The translations under genes and the position numbers were made by a program. From an uncultured Burkholderiaceae bacterium (GTDB lineage Bacteria; Pseudomonadota; Gammaproteobacteria; Burkholderiales; Burkholderiaceae_A), in contig CAYPCG010000002.1 of assembly GCA_964409175.1 (NCBI GenBank), positions 4,606 to 68,605 of the forward strand: a stretch of 64,000 nt of DNA, given 5' to 3'. The first letter of the stretch is position 1. Each line of letters opens with the position of its first letter. Of this stretch, positions 19,473 through 30,102 are shown one piece after another. The notes under the pieces were generated by a model, which searched no databases, had not been told where the DNA came from, and saw only the letters and a list, made by a program, of their open reading frames with translations.

Positions 19473-20552
19473 ATGAAGCCCAGCCTGCTGGCCAAGCTCC
19501 AGCAGCTGGACGAACGCCTTGTTGCGGTCGACCGCCTGCTGGCAGCCCCTGAAACCACGAATCAGATGAATGAGTTCCGCAAGCTCTCTAAAGAGCGGTC
19601 GGATCTTGCCCCCGTTGTAGAAGGATTTCATCGGTATCAGAAGCTTGAAGCGGATCTTCAGTCCGCCCAGGACTGGCTGAATGATCCAGAGCTTAAGGGA
19701 TTCGCCCAAGAAGAAATCGGACGGCTCAAAGAAGGGCTCGAACAGGAATCAGCGAGCCTACAGATCTTGTTGCTGCCCAAAGATCCTAATGACGAACGTA
19801 ACGTCATCTTAGAGATTCGTGCAGGGACCGGCGGCGATGAGTCTGCCCTCTTTGCCGGCGATCTGTTGCGTATGTATCTGCGATTTGCTGAACGTAATCG
19901 CTGGCAGACCGAGATGCTCTCGGCCAGTGAATCCGATCTTGGGGGCTATCGTGAGGTCATCGTGCGGCTCGCGGGGGAGAGCGTCTACTCCAAGCTCAAG
20001 TTCGAGTCTGGTGTACACCGTGTCCAGCGCGTCCCGCAAACTGAGACACAAGGACGTATTCATACCTCGGCCTGTACCGTGGCCGTGCTTCCTGAGGCCG
20101 ATGAGGTTGCAGAGGTCGTCTTCTCACCTGAAGAACTTCGGATTGATGTCTTTCGTGCCTCGGGCGCAGGCGGTCAGCACGTAAATAAGACTGAGTCTGC
20201 GGTGCGTATCACCCACCTGCCCACCGGGCTCGTGGCGGAATGTCAGGACGATCGCAGTCAGCATAAGAATAAAGATAAGGCCATGAAGGTGCTTGCGGCG
20301 CGCGTTCGGGACCAGCAGCTTCGCGCGGCCCAGGCCAAAGAGGCCAGCGCCCGAAAGCTCATGGTGGGATCGGGAGATCGATCGGAGCGTATTCGCACCT
20401 ATAACTTTCCACAGGGCCGGATTACAGACCATCGTATTAACCTGACGCTCTATAAGATCGATGCCATGATGGACGGGGACCTTGCCGAGCTCACCGGAGC
20501 GCTGATTGCAGAACATCAGGCAGAACTACTTGCTTCCATGTCCGAGAGCTAA
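19473..20552 (+). CDS. prfA: Peptide chain release factor 1
   Basis: GGQ motif ([19 protein letters not shown]) and PxT-type RF1 region. The start abuts the hemA stop (TAGATG). Confidence 0.97.
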   Translation: MKPSLLAKLQQLDERLVAVDRLLAAPETTNQMNEFRKLSKERSDLAPVVEGFHRYQKLEADLQSAQDWLNDPELKGFAQEEIGRLKEGLEQESASLQILLLPKDPNDERNVILEIRAGTGGDESALFAGDLLRMYLRFAERNRWQTEMLSASESDLGGYREVIVRLAGESVYSKLKFESGVHRVQRVPQTETQGRIHTSACTVAVLPEADEVAEVVFSPEELRIDVFRASGAGGQHVNKTESAVRITHLPTGLVAECQDDRSQHKNKDKAMKVLAARVRDQQLRAAQAKEASARKLMVGSGDRSERIRTYNFPQGRITDHRINLTLYKIDAMMDGDLAELTGALIAEHQAELLASMSES

Positions 20553-20569
20553 CTCAGATTTCTGACACC

Positions 20570-21424
20570 GTGGTCATCCTCCAGACGATAGGCGACTGTC
20601 TCGCCCGCTGTGACCTTCCTGCACACGAGCGATGGCCGCTATTTGAAGCGGCCACGGGGCTGCGTCGTGAGCAGGCGATCGCCTTTCCTGAACGCCCTAT
20701 TCGCCCAGAGGCTGCAGCGTTGTTTGCACGAATGGTCGATCGGCGGCAGCAGGGTTGGCCGATCGCGTACCTCACTGGATCTCGGGAGTTCTTTGGTCGG
20801 TCTTTCTGGGTCAATCCATCAACATTAATTCCACGTATCGAAACCGAGCTATTAGTCGACACTGCCCTGTCATTCATACGAGGGCTGCCAGGTCCGATTC
20901 GGTTGTGCGATCTCGGCACGGGCTCTGGCTGCATCGGCATTAGTCTCGCGCTCGAGCATCCCCAGACGCAGGTCACAGTTACCGATCAGTCTGAACATGC
21001 ACTCCAGACCGCGCGTAACAATGCGGCATGGCTCGGTACGGCGGCGCGCATGCGATTTCATCTCGGTTCTTGGTGGGACGCCTTTGGTGGGTTACCGGCG
21101 CAGCGATTCCATGCGATTGTCAGTAACCCGCCCTACGTCCAATCGAATGATCCCCACCTCTCCCAAGGAGACCTTCGTTTTGAGCCGTTGTCAGCGCTTG
21201 CCGGTCTCACCGAGGGCCAGGATGGACTTGCGGATATTCGTGCGATTCTGGCTGGCATCCATGATTACCTTGAACCAAACGGTCTTTGCTTGATCGAACA
21301 CGGGGCTGATCAACAACCAGCAGTGATCGGTTGCTTTGAGGCGGCTGGACTTGTTCGAATAACTGGCTTAGTCGACCAGGCCGGACAGGCCCGGGCTGTA
21401 CTTGGCTATCGGTCTGCTGAATAA
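20570..21424 (+). CDS. prmC: Release factor glutamine N5-methyltransferase
   Basis: DLGTGSGCIGISLA and VSNPPYV motifs. Follows prfA. Confidence 0.9.
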   Translation: MVILQTIGDCLARCDLPAHERWPLFEAATGLRREQAIAFPERPIRPEAAALFARMVDRRQQGWPIAYLTGSREFFGRSFWVNPSTLIPRIETELLVDTALSFIRGLPGPIRLCDLGTGSGCIGISLALEHPQTQVTVTDQSEHALQTARNNAAWLGTAARMRFHLGSWWDAFGGLPAQRFHAIVSNPPYVQSNDPHLSQGDLRFEPLSALAGLTEGQDGLADIRAILAGIHDYLEPNGLCLIEHGADQQPAVIGCFEAAGLVRITGLVDQAGQARAVLGYRSAE

Positions 21425-21451
21425 TCACAACTCTTGAACTTGGAGCACCCA

Positions 21452-21775
21452 ATGGACGCAAAAGAATTTATTCAAAAAACAGTGACCGACCACCCTGTTG
21501 TCTTATTTATGAAAGGCACCGCACAGTTTCCCCAGTGCGGCTTTTCAGGTCGTGCGGTGCAGCTGCTCCGCGCCTGTGGCGTCAAGAACGTGGTGACGGT
21601 GAACGTGCTAGAGGATGACGAGATTCGCCAAGGGATTAAGGACTACTCAAACTGGCCGACGATTCCCCAGCTCTACATCAAAGGCGAGTTCATCGGCGGA
21701 TCGGACATCATGGGCGAGATGTACGACAACGGCGAACTGAAAAAGACTTTAGACGACGCGGGCGTTACCGGCTAG
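21452..21775 (+). CDS. grxD: Grx4-family monothiol glutaredoxin
   Basis: CGFS active site (PQCGFSGRA) and [19 protein letters not shown] at 21452 preferred over the TTG at 21434. Confidence 0.9.
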   Translation: MDAKEFIQKTVTDHPVVLFMKGTAQFPQCGFSGRAVQLLRACGVKNVVTVNVLEDDEIRQGIKDYSNWPTIPQLYIKGEFIGGSDIMGEMYDNGELKKTLDDAGVTG

Positions 21776-22496
21776 TCAATCGATAGTCTGGCATCCGAGA
21801 CATGTAGTCTGAAACAGCCTCCATGTCTTCTCGGGTATAGCGCTCGATGGCCTTGACCATCTTGGGATGCGAGTTTCCTCGGATCCCTTTCTGGATGTGG
21901 TCGAGTTCTCTACGAAGATATTCATAGTGCTGGGCAGCGACCACTGGATAGGCATTGAGCGCCTTACCCTCACCCCGCTCGCCATGACACTCAGCACACT
22001 TTCCCTGTTCGTAGAGCGCTTTACCACGCGCGAGCATGGTGCCGGGACCTTTCCCATTTTCGCGTGCCGTTGTTAACTGCTCCACATAAACGGCGATATC
22101 AGCAATCTCCTGGGGGGTTACCGCGTGGTCCGAAGAGAATGGGGCCATCTTCGGATTGGCACGAATGCCCGCCCTGACTTCTGTGACCTGTTTGATCACA
22201 ACACTCGCATGCTGACCCGTTAACCTTGGATAGGTCCCATCTAAGAGACCCCCTGCATCGGCTTTATGACAGCCGCGACAGCCACGAAAGGCCTCTTTGC
22301 CACGCGCCACATCGCCCGAGAGTTTAAGGATCTCAACCTGCTCGGGCAGCATCTTGCCCCACTCGTAGGCCTTGTTCCCGAACTTCTGAACCAACCCCGA
22401 ATCGGTCGTGGCGGTCTGAGCCGACAGCGATGTCGATATGGCCAATAAGGCTGCGCAGAGCAGGTGCTTGGACGTCGATATCAGGATAGGTTTCAT
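21765..22496 (-). CDS. Dihaem c-type cytochrome
   Basis: Signal peptide and two CxxCH motifs (CRGCH, CAECH). ATGA overlap with the upstream cytochrome c4 gene. Confidence 0.8.
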   Translation of the reverse strand: MKPILISTSKHLLCAALLAISTSLSAQTATTDSGLVQKFGNKAYEWGKMLPEQVEILKLSGDVARGKEAFRGCRGCHKADAGGLLDGTYPRLTGQHASVVIKQVTEVRAGIRANPKMAPFSSDHAVTPQEIADIAVYVEQLTTARENGKGPGTMLARGKALYEQGKCAECHGERGEGKALNAYPVVAAQHYEYLRRELDHIQKGIRGNSHPKMVKAIERYTREDMEAVSDYMSRMPDYRLTSR

Positions 22497-23101
22497 TCAT
22501 CTTCTCCTTTGAGCGTCTGGATAAACTCCGAGACAGCACGGATTTCGGGTTCTGTCATACGTGTGGCAACGGCACGCATCAGTTCCCGATCATCATTTTT
22601 TCGTGCACCGCTTTTATAGGCCAGCATCTGTTGTACAAGGTACTGAGCATGTTGGCCTGCCAGACGGGGATATCGGTTCGTCCCTTTTCCCGTCTCTGTG
22701 TGGCAGCCTGCACACGCGGGAACAGCGCTCCCCACAATGCCTTCAAAGTAGATTTCTTTGCCCTGCGCCAGACGTTTTGGATCAGCCGTTGACGCCGCAG
22801 AGGGCGTGGGCTTCTGCTCATGGAAGTAGGTTGCCAAGCGCTCAATTTCAGCATCATCAATCGTGGCCATGATGCCTGCCATCACTGCAGACACACGCTT
22901 GCCTGACTTGAAGTCCTTCATCTGCTGACTCGCATAGCGCGCCTGTAGTCCTGCAAGCTTTGGATTTTCAGGGGTGGTGCTATTGCCGTTTGCGCCGTGG
23001 CAGGAGGCGCACAGCTGAAGCCGCTCGGGCGATGGGGCCGCCATCGTCGGTGCGGTGACCAGTGCGACAACACAGGTGACCAGAACCAAGTGGTGCTTCA
23101 T
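22493..23101 (-). CDS. Cytochrome c4 (dihaem)
   Basis: Signal peptide; CASCH and CAGCH; 202 aa with a c4-like layout (YPRLAGQHAQYLVQQM). Confidence 0.85.
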   Translation of the reverse strand: MKHHLVLVTCVVALVTAPTMAAPSPERLQLCASCHGANGNSTTPENPKLAGLQARYASQQMKDFKSGKRVSAVMAGIMATIDDAEIERLATYFHEQKPTPSAASTADPKRLAQGKEIYFEGIVGSAVPACAGCHTETGKGTNRYPRLAGQHAQYLVQQMLAYKSGARKNDDRELMRAVATRMTEPEIRAVSEFIQTLKGEDE

Positions 23102-23171
23102 TTGCCATGCCTCCCCATGCTGCGGATGTCTCAGCGGTTGCCTGCGTCGGAAGCGGGAGGATGATGTGGAT

Positions 23172-23247
<76 letters not shown>

Positions 23248-23283
23248 GTGGTTGTTATTTCTCTCGTCAACCCGACCAGTCGC

Positions 23284-23763
23284 CTATTTTACGCGAGTCA
23301 GGTGGGGGCGCCCAGCGGGCGGGCGACTGGGGGGTTCGGGCGAGTGATCGGCGGAATCTGCCCCCTGGTCAATCAGGTCTTCTGGGGCTATCTGGTCAAC
23401 CGCCGCGAGCTGGACATCCGAGTGGGCCAACGGTTTCGGCACCTCAAACGCCATGCCATTACCGGTCTCTTTGGCGTAAATCGCGACGACATTGTCCATG
23501 GGGATAAAGATCTGATGCACGCGACCGGAAAACCGGGCCTGAAAGCTCACCGCGTCATTGTCGATGATGAGTTTGTCTGTGGCGAGCACCCCAACATTCA
23601 GAACGATCTCACCCTGACGGACATGCTCTGCAGGCACCCGAACCTGATCGGTGACTGATACTGCCAGATAAGGCGTCAGGCCATTGTCCGTGCACCACTC
23701 ATGAATCGCCCGCACCAGATAGGGCTTGGTCGAGCCAGGAGAATTTAATTCGGTCTCGGACAT
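23284..23763 (-). CDS. sspB: ClpXP specificity-enhancing factor SspB (stringent starvation protein B)
   Basis: PYLVRAIHEWCTDNGLTPYL block. Follows sspA. Confidence 0.9.
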   Translation of the reverse strand: MSETELNSPGSTKPYLVRAIHEWCTDNGLTPYLAVSVTDQVRVPAEHVRQGEIVLNVGVLATDKLIIDNDAVSFQARFSGRVHQIFIPMDNVVAIYAKETGNGMAFEVPKPLAHSDVQLAAVDQIAPEDLIDQGADSADHSPEPPSRPPAGRPHLTRVK

Positions 23764-23783
23764 GCGCTGAAGTCTTTGCGAGA

Positions 23784-24383
23784 TTAACGACGCATGATCT
23801 TTTCTGAGGGGGTTAATGCCTCAAAAAAGGCGGGACGCGAAAAGATCCGTTCCGCATACTTTTGCACCGGTACTGCCGTCTTGGGCAGCTCAACGCCGTA
23901 GTAGTCCAGCCGCCAGAGCAAGGGGGCTAACGCCACATCGATCATCGAGAACTCTTCGCCAAGCATGAACTTATTCTTGGTCACGACTGGCGCGAGCTGC
24001 GCCAGTCGGTCGCGCACCAGGATACGGGCCTTGTCGATTTTCTTGGGATCCTGCTTTTCCAAAGCTTCCACGTGAACGAACAGCTCGCGCTCGAAATTCA
24101 ACAGCAGTAGCCGGGCACGGCCACGCTGGACCGGGTCTGCGGGCATGAGCTGCGGGTGAGGGAAGCGCTCATCAATGTACTCGTTGATGATGTTGGACTC
24201 ATACAGGATGAGGTCACGCTCCACCAGAATCGGTACCTGACCGTAGGGGTTCATCACCGAGATGTCCTCTGGCTTGTTGAACAGGTCGACATCGCGGATT
24301 TCGAAGTCCATGCCTTTTTCAAACAGCACGAATCGACAGCGATGACTGAAAGGACAGGTTGTTCCCGAGTAGAGCACCATCAT
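23784..24383 (-). CDS. sspA: Stringent starvation protein A (GST-like)
   Basis: LYSGTTCPFSHRCRFVLFEKG with a GST fold. Follows petABC, the conserved order. Confidence 0.9.
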   Translation of the reverse strand: MMVLYSGTTCPFSHRCRFVLFEKGMDFEIRDVDLFNKPEDISVMNPYGQVPILVERDLILYESNIINEYIDERFPHPQLMPADPVQRGRARLLLLNFERELFVHVEALEKQDPKKIDKARILVRDRLAQLAPVVTKNKFMLGEEFSMIDVALAPLLWRLDYYGVELPKTAVPVQKYAERIFSRPAFFEALTPSEKIMRR

Positions 24384-24408
24384 TTTTCTGGCTCCTTAAT
24401 AAACAAGA

Positions 24409-24432
24409 AGGGTGGAGCAAACGCCCCACCCT
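24409..24432 (-). terminator. Rho-independent terminator-like hairpin after petC
   Basis: On the minus strand, an AGGGTGG...CCACCCT stem is followed by a TCTTGTTTATT run. It lies in the petC-sspA gap. Confidence 0.5.
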
Positions 24433-24458
24433 GAAATTCTTACACCGTGACAGCCGTC

Positions 24459-25202
24459 TTACTTGATCTTCTTCCAGTAGGCTTTGTTCAGACGCCAGGC
24501 CAGGACAAAGAAAATCGCCAGGAAGATCATCACCACAATGCCCGCAGATTTGCGCGCAAATTGTGAGGGCTCTGAGACATAGTTCAAAAACGCAGCGATA
24601 TCACCCACCGCGGAGTCAAACTCAGCGGGAGACTTCGTTTTTTGCATTTCCCACAGAACATGCGGCATCCCGACACCCACGAAGGTCTTGTTATTCCAGC
24701 CCGTCGGACGGCTGGGATCTTCGTAATAAGTGCGCAGGAAGGTATAGATCCAATCCGTACCCGTGCCTGAGTGCGACGACCGTGAACGCGCCGTCACTGA
24801 GAGATCAGGGGGCGCAGCACCAAACCACTCCTTTGCATCCGTACGATTCATGGAGGTGCGCATGTAATCGCCTGCTTTAACGCCTGCGGGCATCAAGGCT
24901 TTGATCTGCTCTTCCGTAAAGCCAATATCGCTAAGTCGGCTCCAACGCATCGCCGAGATGCCGTGACAACCCATGCAGTTGTTCACAAAGATCTTGGCGC
25001 CGTTTTGCATCGCCGCCTTATCTTTCAGTTTCGCTGCGGGAGTGGCATCCAGCGCAACCGGTCCACCCGCTGCAAACGCCACAGGCGTTGCAATGAGCGT
25101 AACCGCTGCTGCAGCCGAGAGCAGGATCTGACGAGAAAACTGTACCAGCGCGATGGTCGATTTCATGGGCCGAATGGGGTGTGATAACAAAAATGATTTC
25201 AT
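24459..25202 (-). CDS. petC: Cytochrome c1 subunit of ubiquinol-cytochrome c reductase
   Basis: CMGCHG haem site, C-terminal TM anchor. Follows petB. Confidence 0.9.
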   Translation of the reverse strand: MKSFLLSHPIRPMKSTIALVQFSRQILLSAAAAVTLIATPVAFAAGGPVALDATPAAKLKDKAAMQNGAKIFVNNCMGCHGISAMRWSRLSDIGFTEEQIKALMPAGVKAGDYMRTSMNRTDAKEWFGAAPPDLSVTARSRSSHSGTGTDWIYTFLRTYYEDPSRPTGWNNKTFVGVGMPHVLWEMQKTKSPAEFDSAVGDIAAFLNYVSEPSQFARKSAGIVVMIFLAIFFVLAWRLNKAYWKKIK

Positions 25203-25227
25203 ATAAATGCTCCTGACGATCGCGAGA

Positions 25228-26631
25228 TTAGTGCGGCTTAAATGTCACGCGATCAGGAACCGGCTTGAACTCACCCTTGCACGACCAGATCGGCATCAGC
25301 GCAAAGAATGCAAAGTAAAAGACAGTTCCCACCAGGGAATAGGCCTGACCCAGATCAAATGGAGGGAGCACGCCCAGATAGCCCAAGATAAAGAAATTCA
25401 CCACGAAAATGGCATAGAGCAGCTTGTGCCAGGTCGGGCGGTACCGAATGGACTTCACCGGGCTCTTATCCAACCAGGGCAGGAAGAAGAGAATAATCAC
25501 TGCGCCGCCCATGATGACCACACCCCAGAACTTCGCATCAAAGACGCGGAAGGTGATGGCCAAGACGACCAGGGCTGCAACCCCAACCAGCTTAATGATC
25601 ATCGGGAACTTCGAGCGGAAGACCGCAAGGGCACCGATCGCTGCGGCCCCCACCATCACCCAGGTGAACAGATCCGTGACGGCACGCAACATTGAATAAA
25701 ACGGCGTGAAATACCAGACCGGTGCAATGTGCGGTGGCGTGACCAGAGGATCTGCCGGGATGAAGTTATTGAACTCCAGGAAGTAGCCGCCAAACTCTGG
25801 TGCGAAGAAGACGACCGCACAGAAGACGAGCAAAAAGCCAGCGATCCCAAGAATGTCGTGAACCGTGTAGTAAGGATGGAAGGGGATGCCATCTAAGGGA
25901 ATACCGTCCGCATTCTTATTCTTCTTGATCTCTACCCCGTCAGGGTTGTTGGAGCCCACTTCATGCAGCGCAATGATGTGTGCCGCCACCAGACCCACCA
26001 GGACCAACGGGATCGCGATCACATGGAAGGCAAAGAAACGGTTGAGCGTCGCGTCACCCACCACAAAGTCACCGCGTACCCAGACCGAGAGGTCAGGACC
26101 AATCAACGGCACAGCAGCAAATAGGTTCACGATGACCTGAGCACCCCAGTAAGACATCTGCCCCCAGGGAAGGAGGTAACCAAAGAAGGCTTCGGCCATC
26201 AGCATCAGGAAGATTAAGCAGCCAAAGATCCAGATCAGTTCACGGGGCGCACGATAGGAGCCATACATCATGCCGCGCCACATGTGGAGATAGACCACAA
26301 CGAAGAACGCAGAGGCGCCGGTGGAATGCAGGTAACGAATGAACCAGCCGAAGGGGACTTCGCGCATAATGTATTCCACGCTGGCGAATGCAATTGGAAT
26401 GCCTGCTGCATTTAACGAGGCATCCGGCTTGTAATGCATCGTCAAGAAGATTCCTGTGACGATCTGCAAGGCCAGGACCACCATCGCCAACGATCCAAAG
26501 AAGTACCAGACGTTGAAGTTTTTCGGCGCGTAGTACTCTGACAGATGCTCTTTGTACATCTTGGTGAGCGGGAATCGTGTGTCAATCCAGCCCATCAGCC
26601 CTGTCGTGGTGACGTTCTTTTCAGCTGCCAT
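25228..26631 (-). CDS. petB: Cytochrome b subunit of the bc1 complex
   Basis: 467 aa, polytopic. Blocks FGWFIRYLHSTGAS, WGAQVI and PEWYF-like PVWYFTPFY. Confidence 0.95.
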   Translation of the reverse strand: MAAEKNVTTTGLMGWIDTRFPLTKMYKEHLSEYYAPKNFNVWYFFGSLAMVVLALQIVTGIFLTMHYKPDASLNAAGIPIAFASVEYIMREVPFGWFIRYLHSTGASAFFVVVYLHMWRGMMYGSYRAPRELIWIFGCLIFLMLMAEAFFGYLLPWGQMSYWGAQVIVNLFAAVPLIGPDLSVWVRGDFVVGDATLNRFFAFHVIAIPLVLVGLVAAHIIALHEVGSNNPDGVEIKKNKNADGIPLDGIPFHPYYTVHDILGIAGFLLVFCAVVFFAPEFGGYFLEFNNFIPADPLVTPPHIAPVWYFTPFYSMLRAVTDLFTWVMVGAAAIGALAVFRSKFPMIIKLVGVAALVVLAITFRVFDAKFWGVVIMGGAVIILFFLPWLDKSPVKSIRYRPTWHKLLYAIFVVNFFILGYLGVLPPFDLGQAYSLVGTVFYFAFFALMPIWSCKGEFKPVPDRVTFKPH

Positions 26632-26710
26632 TCAAATCTCCGAGAAATTCGCTTTTATGTCGTAAGTTGCTGCACGTTCTTGCTGGCAACGCGCCAGCAG
26701 AGAGATCGCG

Positions 26711-27346
26711 TTATGCCTCGCCTTTTTCGTCCTTGCCGATCAACAGCTTCGAGTCCGACAGGTACATGTGACGGGGGACTTCCAAATTATCCGGTGCAGG
26801 CTTGTTGGCATAGACACGGCCCGCATGGTCAAACGTCGACCCGTGGCAGGGGCAGAAATAACCGCCTTGCCAATCGGCTGCAAGACCTGGCTGGTTACCG
26901 GTTTCAAACTTGCTCACAGGCGAGCAGCCTAGGTGGGTACAAATCCCAACCGTCACTAAGAATTCCGGTTTAATCGAGCGATGGCGATTCTTGGCATACG
27001 ACGGCACAGGGAATGCCGTGCGATCCGAATTCGGATCTGCCAGTTGGCCTTCAATTTTCTCAAGGCCTGCGAGCATCTCGGGCGTCCGGCGCACGATCCA
27101 CACAGGCTTGCCGCGCCATTCGACTGTCTTTACGCCGCCGACGGGAATATCACTGATATCGACTTCAACAGGCGCACCCGCCGAGCGGGCCTTTTCCGAC
27201 GGCGCCATCGAGGAGAGCAGGGGGACCGCGGTGGCAGCCGCAGCGACACCACCCGCTGCGCCACAGGCAATCAGCCAGGTCCGACGCTCGGGTTCAATCT
27301 TGTCCGTTGGGGGAGGAAAACTGAGTTCTTGGTTCGACTGAGACAT
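26711..27346 (-). CDS. petA: Rieske Fe-S subunit of ubiquinol-cytochrome c reductase
   Basis: Tat-like RRTWL, then CTHLGC and CPCHGS Rieske boxes. Internal ATG at 27346 (MSQSNQ) preferred over the ORF-track start at 27451. Confidence 0.9.
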   Translation of the reverse strand: MSQSNQELSFPPPTDKIEPERRTWLIACGAAGGVAAAATAVPLLSSMAPSEKARSAGAPVEVDISDIPVGGVKTVEWRGKPVWIVRRTPEMLAGLEKIEGQLADPNSDRTAFPVPSYAKNRHRSIKPEFLVTVGICTHLGCSPVSKFETGNQPGLAADWQGGYFCPCHGSTFDHAGRVYANKPAPDNLEVPRHMYLSDSKLLIGKDEKGEA

Positions 27347-27428
27347 AAAACGCCTTTTCCAAAACGAAGTTAGGGCAAACACGTATTCTAAGCCAGCCGA
27401 GGGGGCAAGTTCCAGCAATAATGGCGGT

Positions 27429-28553
27429 ATGGCACGTCGGATATGGCTCATCTTTGCTCAGGCAACCACACTCGCCCTTGCGGCGTTGTTTGTCGTTCTG
27501 ACCTTTAAACCGCACTGGGTGGCGCACCTCGGCACGGGTGCTGTGACCTCCAGTCCGGACGCACTTGGGCTCAAGGATGGCGGTGCCCCTATTGCGAGCC
27601 ATGGTTTTCGGGATGCCGCTGCCCGGGCGATGCCGGCGGTGGTCTACATCTTCACCACACAAAAATCAGCCCCCGCGAACCATCCTTTCCTGAATGACCC
27701 GATCTTTCGTCGGTTTTTTCAAGATAGCCCAGGCCAGGAACCCACCACGGGGCTTGGATCCGGTGTGATCGTGTCAGAGAAGGGATACATCCTGACCAAT
27801 CACCATGTGATCCAGGGCGCCGAGCAGATTGAAATCGCCCTGGCCGATGGCCGTAGCGCAAAGGCATCCCTTGTGGGCTCCGATCCAGACACCGATCTTG
27901 CCGTTCTGAAGATCAGCTTAGGGAAGCTGCCGGTCATCGCTTTTGGTCGTCCCACCGAGGCTCGCGTGGGCGACACCGTGTTGGCCATCGGCAATCCCTT
28001 TGGCGTAGGGCAGACCGTGACCCAGGGGATCATCAGCGCCATGGGGCGAAGCCGATTAGGGATCAATACCTACGAGAATTTCATTCAGACTGATGCGGCG
28101 ATTAACCCGGGTAACTCGGGCGGTGCCTTGGTCGATACGCAAGGACATCTGCTTGGGATTAACACCGCGATCTACACCCGAAGTGGTGGCAATCAGGGCA
28201 TCGGGTTTGCGATTCCTTCTGACTCCGCACGGCAGATCATGGAGTCGCTCGTCACCAAAGGCCGTGTCAGTCGTGGCTATATCGGTGTCGAGCCACTCGA
28301 TGCGCCGGATGGTGACGGCAGTCTCATAGCGGGTGTGCTTCGTGATGGCCCCGCCCACACCGCCGGCATGTTGCCTGGCGATATCGTCGTGGCGGTGAAC
28401 GAAAAAGCGGTGCGCAATATGACGGATCTGATGCAGACGATTGCCAACACGCCCCCGGGATCCGAGGCCAAGGTCAAAGTCTTGCGCGGTCGTGAGACAG
28501 CAGAGCTTCAGGTTCGGGTTGCTGAGCGGCCAACCGTCGCGGCACGACGATAG
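27429..28553 (+). CDS. HtrA/DegS-like periplasmic serine endoprotease (single PDZ)
   Basis: N-terminal anchor, trypsin-like domain (TNHHV, DLAVLK, GNSGGAL) and one PDZ domain. Confidence 0.85.
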   Translation: MARRIWLIFAQATTLALAALFVVLTFKPHWVAHLGTGAVTSSPDALGLKDGGAPIASHGFRDAAARAMPAVVYIFTTQKSAPANHPFLNDPIFRRFFQDSPGQEPTTGLGSGVIVSEKGYILTNHHVIQGAEQIEIALADGRSAKASLVGSDPDTDLAVLKISLGKLPVIAFGRPTEARVGDTVLAIGNPFGVGQTVTQGIISAMGRSRLGINTYENFIQTDAAINPGNSGGALVDTQGHLLGINTAIYTRSGGNQGIGFAIPSDSARQIMESLVTKGRVSRGYIGVEPLDAPDGDGSLIAGVLRDGPAHTAGMLPGDIVVAVNEKAVRNMTDLMQTIANTPPGSEAKVKVLRGRETAELQVRVAERPTVAARR

Positions 28554-28592
28554 TCAGCCACACCATCGACTGCGCAACGTTCGTTCAGCTCG

Positions 28593-29372
28593 TTAAGAGT
28601 TTGCGGCCTCGTCTGTCGCCGCGTCTTTAGGGCGCGGCGAAATGTATCGAGACATAAAGATGCCAAACTCGTAGAGCAAGATCATTGGTACTGCCAACAT
28701 GAACTGACTGATCACATCGGGCGGCGTCACGATCGCAGCAATCACGAAGGCAATCACGATGAAGTATGAGCGGAAGTTTCGTAGCTTTTCAATCGAGACC
28801 ATCCCAAGCCGTACCAGGACCATCTGCACGACAGGGGTTTCGAACGAGACGCCAAAGACCAGAAACAAAGTCATGACAAAGCTCAGATACTTGTCAATGT
28901 CGGTGGCCATCTGTACGCCAGCGGGCGTATAGGCAGCGACGAACTTAAACACCGCAGGGAAGACGAAGAAATAGGCAAACGCCATGCCCAACAGAAACAG
29001 AATGAAGCTGCTCAGCACAATCGGGATCGCAAGCTTCTTTTCATGTTCGTAAAGTCCCGGCGCAATAAACGCCCAGACCTGATAGAGCACATAGGGCAAG
29101 GCGATCACAAAGGCCACCATCATGGTGACCTTCATCGGCACAAAGAACGGCGCGGTCACATCCGTCGCAATCATCGAGGTTCCCTTGGGCAGCGCCGCAA
29201 TCAAGGGGTTCGCCAGTATCGAGTAGATGTCGGGTGCCCAGTAGACAAGCGAGAGAAAACACACGATGACCGCAATCGCCGCCCGCATCAGCCGATCGCG
29301 CAGCTCAATCAGATGGGTCATAAACCCCTCTTCTTTGGACTCGCTCGGGTCGTTATGCGGCGAGTCACTCAT
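28593..29372 (-). CDS. tatC: Twin-arginine translocase subunit TatC
   Basis: HLIELRDRL block, six TM segments. Follows tatB with an 8-nt overlap. Confidence 0.95.
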   Translation of the reverse strand: MSDSPHNDPSESKEEGFMTHLIELRDRLMRAAIAVIVCFLSLVYWAPDIYSILANPLIAALPKGTSMIATDVTAPFFVPMKVTMMVAFVIALPYVLYQVWAFIAPGLYEHEKKLAIPIVLSSFILFLLGMAFAYFFVFPAVFKFVAAYTPAGVQMATDIDKYLSFVMTLFLVFGVSFETPVVQMVLVRLGMVSIEKLRNFRSYFIVIAFVIAAIVTPPDVISQFMLAVPMILLYEFGIFMSRYISPRPKDAATDEAANS

Positions 29373-29829
29373 ACCGAGATCGCTTCGTGAGATACCGTTT
29401 CCGCATACGGCTTCTTAACCGCTCGCGGATACGTCGTTGATCGGCACGCTCTGACCAGGTCGGCTCAGGCGCATTGATGTGAAGACCAAAAGTCGCGGGG
29501 GGCGGCTCCGATAGCGGCTCGCCGAAATCTCCCCAGTCGTCTTGATTCGTGCTGTTCAGGCTTGCGCCGATGCCACTCACTTCCCGTTCGACATTCGCAA
29601 CGCCCTGTTGAATCTGATCCCCAACGTTCTGAACCTGCTGTTGCACTTTACGCAGCTCTTCAAGATCCATCTGACGCTGGATGTCACCCTTTACATCATT
29701 GACGTATCGCTGGGCTCGGCCAAGCAGTGTGCCGATCGTCCGTGTCGCAACCGGTAGTCGCTTTGGCCCGACCACCACTAGGGCGACCAGGCCGATCATG
29801 ATTAACTCCGAAAAGCCGATATCAAACAT
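29365..29829 (-). CDS. tatB: Twin-arginine translocase subunit TatB
   Basis: MFDIGFSELIMIGLVALVVVGPKRLP. Confidence 0.88.
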   Translation of the reverse strand: MFDIGFSELIMIGLVALVVVGPKRLPVATRTIGTLLGRAQRYVNDVKGDIQRQMDLEELRKVQQQVQNVGDQIQQGVANVEREVSGIGASLNSTNQDDWGDFGEPLSEPPPATFGLHINAPEPTWSERADQRRIRERLRSRMRKRYLTKRSRYE

Positions 29830-29859
29830 AGTGCGTCGGCTTGCGCCGCGAGCGCGGAA

Positions 29860-30084
29860 TTACTGCGGCGTTTTGTCCTTTGCCTGGACGTCAATCGTGG
29901 GGGCTTCGGTTTTTTGCGTCGTTGTCGCAGCATCGGTACTGCCGCCATCTTTCATGCCCTCTTTAAAGCCCTTGACCGCACCCCCAAGATCCGAGCCAAG
30001 GTTGCGCAGTTTCTTGGTGCCAAACACCAAGAGAATAATTAAGAGAACAATCAGCCAATGCCAGACACTGAAGGAACCCATCAC
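29860..30084 (-). CDS. tatA: Twin-arginine translocase subunit TatA
   Basis: [28 protein letters not shown]. Confidence 0.9.
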   Translation of the reverse strand: MMGSFSVWHWLIVLLIILLVFGTKKLRNLGSDLGGAVKGFKEGMKDGGSTDAATTTQKTEAPTIDVQAKDKTPQ

Positions 30085-30102
30085 GGTCTCCGAGAAAAGT
30101 GG

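Noticed and set aside
27347-27451. 5' extension of petA, and similar extensions for mutY (53988-54284), mutM (54820-54900), phoB (9557-9634), kdsD, lolB and the ferredoxin
   Set aside because: The conserved N-termini (for example MPELPEVE for Fpg, and Tat RR for Rieske) begin at internal start codons. The extensions overlap neighbouring genes or lack a Shine-Dalgarno.
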